Shown: in pieces, positions 28,429-35,040 of the stretch
How positions within the stretch are numbered: position 1 is the stretch's first letter
Layout: each line of letters opens with the position of its first letter
From: a virus
Strand: one strand, 5' to 3'
Virus record (IMG/VR): IMGVR_UViG_3300047564_004575
Location: 1 to 64,000 of that record
Length of the DNA: 64,000 nt
Program-made: the position numbers and the translations under genes
The notes under the pieces: generated by a model
What the model saw: the letters and a program-made list of their open reading frames with translations, nothing else
What the model was told of the DNA's origin: nothing
The model's database searches: none

Positions 28429-28471
28429 GCCCCTTGCCAGAATTGCACTGGCTTAAACCACTAGGAGAGGC
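28429..28471 (-). ncRNA. mini tRNA-like element 3
   Basis: GCCTCT-CCTAGTGGTTTAA-GCCAG TGCAATT CTGGC-A-AGGGGC. Confidence 0.75.
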
Positions 28472-28576
28472 GTGACTAGGGGAATTAACCCCTAGTAATT
28501 AGACTTGACGCGACGCGACCTGGCAAAACATAACCCGACACGGCGGAACCAAACAAAACTCAGCAAGAAAATCTGT

Positions 28577-29197
28577 TTAGAGTTCGACTTTAAAGCGACC
28601 AAACTCAGGACGGCGATCGCATAGTCCGATGATTTTGCCGCTTAGATGCAAGATATCAGCAATGTCAGCTTGGTTTACAACATCTGGCATATAGTCAACA
28701 ACGATTTCCGCTTCCCATGACCGGAAAATAGGACGGGTACGCATAATAGCATTCTTCATCACACGCTCAGCCCGAACGTCAACATAGTTGGCATCCGCCC
28801 ATAACTCGTTAGTTCCTTTGTTAGTCCCAATGTCAAGACGGGCATCTTCACTAATCACAATCCCAGCTTTAAACGTCGTCCCAAGCTTCTTCTTTTTAGC
28901 ACCTGACAAAAGCATCCCTTTAATAACCGTAGCAGGTAAGCATGGCTTGCTATTGTCGGTAAAAGCAATGTCTGCCCCGTCAACGTCTAGATTGTGTTGA
29001 CCTTCCAGATAAAGACCGGCATACCATTCTAATTTGCTGATAACGTCGAGGTCATCTTCAACCTTTTTGCGCTTGCCGGTGTATTGCTTAATCAGTTGCG
29101 TGATGCCATTGCGAGGATTGACCAGAATATTGGCATTGTGCATTAACAGGGGAGTGTGTCCTATTAACTTTGCTTGCAGTGTTTTAAAACCGTCCAT
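28577..29197 (-). CDS. solitary RAMP/Cas7-like RNA-binding protein
   Basis: N-terminal strand + TPLLMH, P.LPATVIKG.L (cf. RAMP P.IPGSSLKG), C-terminal G-loop IGLCDRRPEFGRFKV. Confidence 0.75.
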   Translation of the reverse strand: MDGFKTLQAKLIGHTPLLMHNANILVNPRNGITQLIKQYTGKRKKVEDDLDVISKLEWYAGLYLEGQHNLDVDGADIAFTDNSKPCLPATVIKGMLLSGAKKKKLGTTFKAGIVISEDARLDIGTNKGTNELWADANYVDVRAERVMKNAIMRTRPIFRSWEAEIVVDYMPDVVNQADIADILHLSGKIIGLCDRRPEFGRFKVEL

Positions 29198-29226
29198 ACT
29201 TGCCTCGATGAATTTCTATATAAATC

Positions 29227-29255
29227 ATATTACCTGGCACACTGTTATTTGTCAA
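29227..29255 (-). promoter_or_regulatory. sigma70-type promoter for the RAMP gene and array
   Basis: TTGACA (29250-29255), 17 bp, TAATAT (29227-29232); GAGG RBS at 29203-29206. Confidence 0.75.
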
Positions 29256-29339
29256 CCAAAAAAGAATATGTAATGGACTTAATTTGTTTTGCCATCAAAT
29301 ATATGTGACCAAGTGGCGATCGCCACCCACCCCCATATA

Positions 29340-29411
29340 AACCCAAAACCCATACACCGTAAGGCTTTCAAAAAGTGTTGCATATACTTTAGAAACTCCA
29401 GGGGACTGCAA
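29340..29411 (+). repeat. dispersed intergenic element, copy 4
   Basis: AAAACCCATACACCGTAAGGCTTT...GTGTTGCATATACTTTAGAAACTCCAGGGGACTGCAA. Confidence 0.85.
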
Positions 29412-29476
29412 AAACTCCCCAACGGCAATAAAAAACCCGCCTAGATGACGGGATGATTGATTAGACTTCAGATGTT

Positions 29477-30217
29477 TTATTGCTGCCCCATAATCGCGTT
29501 TAGGGCTATCTTGGCTTGGCTACCAGCTTTCTTACAGACATTGACTGCTTGCCATGCGTTGCCGGTCTGTGTGTTGTTTAGTTTCATCTTTTCGGCTAGC
29601 TGTAGGAATGTCAGTTCATCCCGTTGGTGTTCTGTCATATAGTCACGGCTACCAGTCCGAACGCCAGCCAATTGATTATTGTGTTTGTTAACCGTGGCAT
29701 GATGGACACCTTCGGCTCCTCGCAATTTCAATTCATCGTGTAAGCCGTGATATTCCTTTAGGTATTTGCCGTGTTGATTTAAATGCTCTGAGACTGAATT
29801 GACTTGATCTTGGGTTGTGGTGCGACTAATGGCAATCTTAGCCAGTTCCTCAGGGGCGATCGCTAGCATTCCGCCTAATTCATTCCCCAGCGTTGCCAGT
29901 AGCTTTAATCGTTCCTTAGCTTTAGCCTTTGTTTCTGGCTTAGTCCGTTTACCGTCAATCAGAGCGTCAAGGATGGCTACCACTTCAGTCGAAGTAAACA
30001 AGGTAACACCTTGTAACCCTCCAGCAGTAAGGGCTTCAGCCTCTTTACCTGCGTTTAACGCCTCACCTTTTTGCTTGATTGTTTTGGCAGAAGCACCAGT
30101 CCATCGAGACAATGCGTTAATGCTGGAATAAAGAATTTTATCTTGATGGTCAAAATACAAATCGAATCCATCATAGGATTCTTTAATCTGCTTATCCGAA
30201 ACCTTTACGATAGACAT
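29477..30217 (-). CDS. antirepressor-like DNA-binding protein
   Basis: EAEALTAGGLQGVTLF motif recalls phage antirepressor N-termini; GGAG RBS and hairpin leader. Confidence 0.55.
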   Translation of the reverse strand: MSIVKVSDKQIKESYDGFDLYFDHQDKILYSSINALSRWTGASAKTIKQKGEALNAGKEAEALTAGGLQGVTLFTSTEVVAILDALIDGKRTKPETKAKAKERLKLLATLGNELGGMLAIAPEELAKIAISRTTTQDQVNSVSEHLNQHGKYLKEYHGLHDELKLRGAEGVHHATVNKHNNQLAGVRTGSRDYMTEHQRDELTFLQLAEKMKLNNTQTGNAWQAVNVCKKAGSQAKIALNAIMGQQ

Positions 30218-30401
30218 TAGTGAACGCTCCTTTTTAGCGGTTACTCATTGCTCCGGCTGCTCTTACAGCGCGGGGCACTTTTATTTACATCACTATCCTA
30301 AAACACAAATTGCTAAACATTCCAAAGCCCATCAAATATATGTAACCAAGTGGCGATCGCCGCCCCCTTTTAGCCTGACATAGCCAACAAACTGAACTAT
30401 T

Positions 30402-30472
30402 CCCGAAACCCTTACTGTATATAGCTTTAAGCCACTGTTGCACATATCTAAGGATACCCAGGGTACTACAAC
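30402..30472 (+). repeat. dispersed intergenic element, copy 5
   Basis: CCCGAAACCCTTACTGTATATAGCTTT...TGTTGCACATATCTAAGGATACCCAGGGTACTACAAC; near-identical to copy 7. Confidence 0.85.
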
Positions 30473-30583
30473 ATTCGGATAATACCCAATAAAAAAGCCC
30501 CCACTAGGGAGGGCTGTAACTATCATCTAGGCTTGTGTCAGTTAATGTAACGGTGTACGAGGTCTATATTAATTAAGCACAAT

Positions 30584-30940
30584 CTAAAGGCGGACAACTT
30601 TGACTGATACCCGACCTTGGGACTTTTTGGCGATGCGACTAAAGGCGGCTGACGATAGGTCAATTGAGCAATTACCACAACGGTCTGTGATGCGGACAAT
30701 AACTGACTTGCCGGTTTTACGATTAGTCACTTTGACCCGTTGACCCAATCGGTAGTTATTACTGGCAGCAGTCATAGCATTAGGGTTATATCGCGCCCCA
30801 TTAGCCATTTTGCGACCCGCTAGACTGTGATGGTAGTAAGTAGCGGTTTGTGCCTCTACAGTGGCGGGAATGACCGTTAAAACGAGAGATAGGATGACTG
30901 TGGATAGTTTCATGGTGTTTCTAATTTGCTTAACTAGCAA
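30584..30940 (-). CDS. rlpA: RlpA-like (DPBB) lytic transglycosylase with signal peptide; probable start MKLSTV
   Basis: ATYY...GRKMANG..Y....MTAA...G.RVKVTN..TGKSVIVRITDR...IDLSSAAF..IA. Confidence 0.88.
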   Translation of the reverse strand: MLVKQIRNTMKLSTVILSLVLTVIPATVEAQTATYYHHSLAGRKMANGARYNPNAMTAASNNYRLGQRVKVTNRKTGKSVIVRITDRCGNCSIDLSSAAFSRIAKKSQGRVSVKVVRL

Positions 30941-31006
30941 ATATCTTACATCACATCAAATGTATAGCAAGGGACGATTGTTAAACTGTCACAGTGGGAT
31001 GGCTTT

Positions 31007-31327
31007 TTATTGACCGCATCCAGTTTGTTTAAACGCTTTCCAAGAAAAAAATTCAAAGATTTCGCGGTAAGGATTATTTTCATTCGCGTTTAATATCCCT
31101 GATACCAAAAACCCTTCATCTTCGGTTAATCGGGCATTAACGTATAGTGCCACTTTTTCGTTATCGTCAGCGTACAGTTTAAAAGCCTCGCATAAGTATA
31201 TACCAGTATCGTTGCCTAGCTGGGCGTAAGCACCACGGATTCTATTTTCAGTCTCTGAATATTGCTGGGCGATCGCCGAAGTAGCAGATAGAGACAATGC
31301 AATTGACAAACTCAAAGCTTTTAGCAT
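31007..31327 (-). CDS. secreted hypothetical protein
   Basis: N-terminal signal peptide ending AIA. Confidence 0.65.
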   Translation of the reverse strand: MLKALSLSIALSLSATSAIAQQYSETENRIRGAYAQLGNDTGIYLCEAFKLYADDNEKVALYVNARLTEDEGFLVSGILNANENNPYREIFEFFSWKAFKQTGCGQ

Positions 31328-31424
31328 AATGACACCTTGATATTTCTTCTATTCTAGTGTGCCCAACTTGCCCAAGAAAAAACCCATCTTTAGCGGATGG
31401 GTTAGTGAGTTATGGGGTAATGGG

Positions 31425-32258
31425 TTATTCGACTAGATAACGAGGGCGATAGTGTGATCGTCGGTAATAGTCGTCTAATTGACCGATATATTCCCGTTTA
31501 AGCTGTTCATTCTCTTGGATATAGGCTGACATCTGCCACGCATCAGGATTGTCCTTTAAGCCAGAATCATCGATGTAATGGTTTAGTGTCTTGTAATCCG
31601 GTTTCCCGTGACGCATCAAGCCCAGTCGCTTACACAATTCAGATTTGGTAACGGTACTGCCATTATTGACAATGTCGTCATCCTTGATAATCCGATCCCG
31701 GTACTCAACCTTCGTTACTTCCGAATAGCCTAAGACTTTTTGCTGTACGACATCATCGCATAGGGTGACTACGGTGTGACGGAACTGGACTAAGGACAAA
31801 TCAGCTTGCTTGGCTTGGGCGATCGCCGTTTCTTTTTGAGCTTCCAGCCGCAATCCTTCATTTTTCAAGTGTTGAAGTTCAATCTCTTGAGCCATTAATG
31901 GGTTAGTTGTTTGGAGTAACTTCCATTTCTTCTCTGTCTCAATGAAGTATTGACGAACCTGATGCCCTTCCTCAGTTTCAGACATCATGCAAAGATGCTT
32001 CATTGAGTCACAGGTGAGATGGAATACTTCAGACTTTGCCCCGCCACCTTGAGGACGTTTCACCATCTCCACATCTCGGTGGAAATCGATACCCTCAGTG
32101 AGTTTTATCAATTTACGCTTAGCTGAATCCTTGCGAGAATACCCAGCAATCTTCCAAGCAATATCAAAATCGACTGGGAACTGTTCACCATTGCGTTCTG
32201 CTTCCATCCACTGATCAATCAGGGTTTTGGCATCGTAACTTAAAATCATATTAGACAT
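31425..32258 (-). CDS. antirepressor-like protein
   Basis: FPVDFDIAWKIAGYSRKDSAKR...LTCDSMKHLCMM..TEEG..VRQYFIETEK. Confidence 0.75.
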   Translation of the reverse strand: MSNMILSYDAKTLIDQWMEAERNGEQFPVDFDIAWKIAGYSRKDSAKRKLIKLTEGIDFHRDVEMVKRPQGGGAKSEVFHLTCDSMKHLCMMSETEEGHQVRQYFIETEKKWKLLQTTNPLMAQEIELQHLKNEGLRLEAQKETAIAQAKQADLSLVQFRHTVVTLCDDVVQQKVLGYSEVTKVEYRDRIIKDDDIVNNGSTVTKSELCKRLGLMRHGKPDYKTLNHYIDDSGLKDNPDAWQMSAYIQENEQLKREYIGQLDDYYRRSHYRPRYLVE

Positions 32259-32402
32259 TTATGCCTCCTCATTAGGCTAAGTGTTAAAGTCCTCCAGTTA
32301 ACGCTGGAGGCACTTTCTCTCTCTATCTTAAAACATTCGCAAAAACATCAAACATTTGATAGTGGTAGGCACATCAAAACGCCACTGACCAGCGATCGCC
32401 AA

Positions 32403-32678
32403 TCAATCAAACTCAACGCCAAAGTCAACTCCTAAAACTTGCTCCATTTTTCTTAACGTCTCTAACGGTATCGACTGCCTTCCAGACTCAATCCGATACC
32501 AATTAGCAGTGGTCATCCCTGCCAAGCCACAAATCTGCGTGATGGTTCGATCATCGTTTAGCCTGGCTTGCTTGATTTTGTCGTTTAATGCCGGGACTTG
32601 CACCCGTACCGTCTTAACTACTTCCATTGTCACTGGCATGATGGAACACCTCAATCTTACTAAACATATCACCTCCAT
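32403..32678 (-). CDS. XRE/Cro-CI family HTH regulator
   Basis: IKQAR...AGMTTANWYRIESG...LETLRKMEQVLGV. Confidence 0.85.
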   Translation of the reverse strand: MEVICLVRLRCSIMPVTMEVVKTVRVQVPALNDKIKQARLNDDRTITQICGLAGMTTANWYRIESGRQSIPLETLRKMEQVLGVDFGVEFD

Positions 32679-32879
32679 TATAACCCACTGCGTTTAAAAG
32701 AAAACTTATAAAGTTGCGCTTGACAATCTGAGATTATGGGTGTTTAATAAAAGTATGGAAACGGACAGCACGCCGCAAGCCAATAGTTAACCAAAGTGCA
32801 GATACGACAAAGCGACCGCCCACCCTGAGAAAGTTAGCGATCGCCCTGTTTAACCCCTTCGTTTAAAAGGATTACTCCT

Positions 32880-33128
32880 ATGTTATCTCAAATTGATTTT
32901 TATCAACCCACCGAAATGACCGTAGAAGAAGCTTATGAGCTTTTAGCGGACTACGAACATGAACAACGGGTAAATGGTGAGTGGGAAGCCATCACCGCTG
33001 TATATGGCGACATTGCCAACAAATCACCTGAATGGTGGGAAGGATTTTTATCTGCCTTAGCCCGTCGTAACGGGGTAAATGTTGCGGTATTTCAACAGCA
33101 TGGGCCAGTTAACTTTGACGAATTCTAA
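32880..33128 (+). CDS. hypothetical protein
   Basis: ORF divergent from the XRE gene, downstream of TTGACA at 32720. Confidence 0.6.
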   Translation: MLSQIDFYQPTEMTVEEAYELLADYEHEQRVNGEWEAITAVYGDIANKSPEWWEGFLSALARRNGVNVAVFQQHGPVNFDEF

Positions 33129-33170
33129 ACTTGCAAACCATTACCGGGGGCGTAATGCCCCTTAATTATC

Positions 33171-33884
33171 ATGTTGACTATCGATGAACAGAAACAAGTT
33201 AAAGACTGGCTACAGGACGAATTAGACGGCGTAGCTTTCCCCGTAGACTTTGACATTGCATGGGTTATGGCGGGTTATGCTCGCAAAGACCACGCAAAGC
33301 GTCGGTTAACCAATCAGTCATCCTACCTAGTAAAAGATGAAGATTACAAAATCGATCACGGTGATGTACTTCTCCCCCAATCGGGGGAATCGACGATTTT
33401 AGGTCGTTCTAGCGACCGTATAGTAATGACCTGTGACGCTTTTAAACATTTCTGTTTGATGGCACAAACTAGCAAAGGTCGTGAGATTCGTCAGTATTTT
33501 ATCAATGTTGAGAAAAACTGGAATCATGACCTAATGCAAGATGAAATCGATGCACTCTATGAGTGTCTTGATGACCTAGAAAGTGAAACAAAGCAGTGTG
33601 AATCCCCCAAAAAGTTCCGAGTCAACCATCAGAACGTCTCAAATACATCGGTCTATACCCTTGTTTGTGTCGTAGGTGATGGTCAGTTTGTCGAATTAAT
33701 GAGCTACACTTTGCCCCCAGAGATTTACAACGAGCCCGAGTTTGAAAGGTACTCTCTACTCAAGGGCGCGGCAATGGCTAACTTTTATGCCTTTGTTCAC
33801 CTGTTGAATGAGATGTCAAAAGACTTTACTCCCTGTCTTGATGGCGTAATCTACCGTTATGCAAGCTTAGGACGGTCAAAGTAA
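33171..33884 (+). CDS. antirepressor-like protein
   Basis: FPVDFDIAWVMAGYARKDHAKR...MTCDAFKHFCLMAQTSKGREIRQYFI. Confidence 0.75.
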   Translation: MLTIDEQKQVKDWLQDELDGVAFPVDFDIAWVMAGYARKDHAKRRLTNQSSYLVKDEDYKIDHGDVLLPQSGESTILGRSSDRIVMTCDAFKHFCLMAQTSKGREIRQYFINVEKNWNHDLMQDEIDALYECLDDLESETKQCESPKKFRVNHQNVSNTSVYTLVCVVGDGQFVELMSYTLPPEIYNEPEFERYSLLKGAAMANFYAFVHLLNEMSKDFTPCLDGVIYRYASLGRSK

Positions 33885-34052
33885 ATCATTAAGTTACCAA
33901 GGGGAGAATTGAACTCCCCTTTTTTAATTCAACTCTTATCAAATGTTTGATAGACGGGCAAGCAAATTAAAATAGAATGGTAATGAGAATCCCTTCGCGG
34001 CTAACCACAGCCCAAGGGAAGTAAACCGTTCACTTTAACCAATAGGTTCACC

Positions 34053-34763
34053 ATGTCAGATATTGTAAATCAGTCCGCAATTGAAGTAGTCACCAAAGGC
34101 GATCGCCTAGTAGTCGATTCTCGACTAATTGCATTAGACCTTGACATTCAACACAAGAATTTTGCCGAAACTATCCGAAAACATAAAACTGTTACAGAGC
34201 AACGCTTTGGGACGCTAACGTTTGAAACGGCATCGTCAAAAATGCCTGATGGTCGTATCAATCCGAACCCCGAAAAGTTCTATTGGCTAACAGAAGCTCA
34301 AGCTTCATTCCTAATGACCCTTAGCCGAAATACTGATCGGGTTATCGAGTGCAAAGCGAACTTAGTTCAGGCTTTTATGGAGGCTCAATCTAAGCTTGTT
34401 AGCCAGTCAGTCCCACGGTCTTATGCTCAGGCATTGCTAGAAGCCGGTCGGTTAGCATTAGAACTAGAAAAAGCAGAAGCAGAAAAATTACTGCTAGAAG
34501 AACAAAATGAACAACTATCCGAAGCGGTAGATGAACTGTTTGATTATTCCAGCATTATCCGTATCGCCAAGTTTAACAACGTCTGTGAGACTCGCTTTAA
34601 GTGGCAAACTCTAAAGGGCATGAGTCGCAAAATGGGATGCGAGGTCAAACGTGTTCCTTGTCCACGATTTGAATGGAAAAATCTGTATAGTCATGATGTT
34701 TGGCGGATTTGTTATCCGGATATGCAACTACCCGAAACCACTACATTAGTTATTAAACATTAA
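34053..34763 (+). CDS. Rha family phage regulatory protein
   Basis: LVVDSRLIA...QHKN...YWLTEAQASFLMTLSRNT......KANLVQAF, PRSYAQAL. Confidence 0.85.
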   Translation: MSDIVNQSAIEVVTKGDRLVVDSRLIALDLDIQHKNFAETIRKHKTVTEQRFGTLTFETASSKMPDGRINPNPEKFYWLTEAQASFLMTLSRNTDRVIECKANLVQAFMEAQSKLVSQSVPRSYAQALLEAGRLALELEKAEAEKLLLEEQNEQLSEAVDELFDYSSIIRIAKFNNVCETRFKWQTLKGMSRKMGCEVKRVPCPRFEWKNLYSHDVWRICYPDMQLPETTTLVIKH

Positions 34764-34800
34764 TCTCAAATATTAGTAATCCACCAAGCACCTTACTAAG

Positions 34801-35031
34801 GTGCTTTTTAAACCCACCATGACATTCACTGAATTACAAAAGGAATCTAGGAAACGTAATTTTACCGATGTACATTTTATCTTTACCAATCAAATCGGCA
34901 CGATATTACATGGAGAGTGGATTGATTCATCTAGTTTCACGGTCTACGAATATCCCGGTACAATCAGTGTCAATCAATGGAAGAAACTAGGAGGGAATAA
35001 GCTCGTTTACCTGATAATCCCACGGTATTAG
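34801..35031 (+). CDS. hypothetical protein
   Basis: ORF track; probable start MTFTEL. Confidence 0.45.
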   Translation: MLFKPTMTFTELQKESRKRNFTDVHFIFTNQIGTILHGEWIDSSSFTVYEYPGTISVNQWKKLGGNKLVYLIIPRY

Positions 35032-35040
35032 AGCTTTAAA

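Larger units (their letters stand above)
27748..28566 (-). ncRNA. array of six 5-nt-period tracts with 3' hairpins and tRNA-fold spacers (candidate guide-RNA array)
   Basis: + strand (RAC-NN)n tracts at 27769-27838, 27917-27986, 28060-28119, 28151-28206, 28319-28418, 28502-28566; hairpins at 27748-27763, 27892-27911, 28044-28057, 28294-28313, 28475-28496; no ORF of 60 aa or more. Confidence 0.85.

Noticed and set aside
27748-28566. Canonical CRISPR array
   Set aside because: No identical 25-40 nt repeats alternating with unique spacers; the periodicity is 5 nt and no cas1/cas2 is present
27769-28566. Microsatellite or repeat-protein coding sequence
   Set aside because: Adjacent units differ systematically at two fixed positions; no ORF of 60 aa or more; tracts are interleaved with a tRNA and hairpins
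30332-30526. Paralogous small ORFs 30332-30526 and 63665-63910
   Set aside because: Their similarity is simply translation of repeat copies 5 and 7; they overlap terminators and promoters
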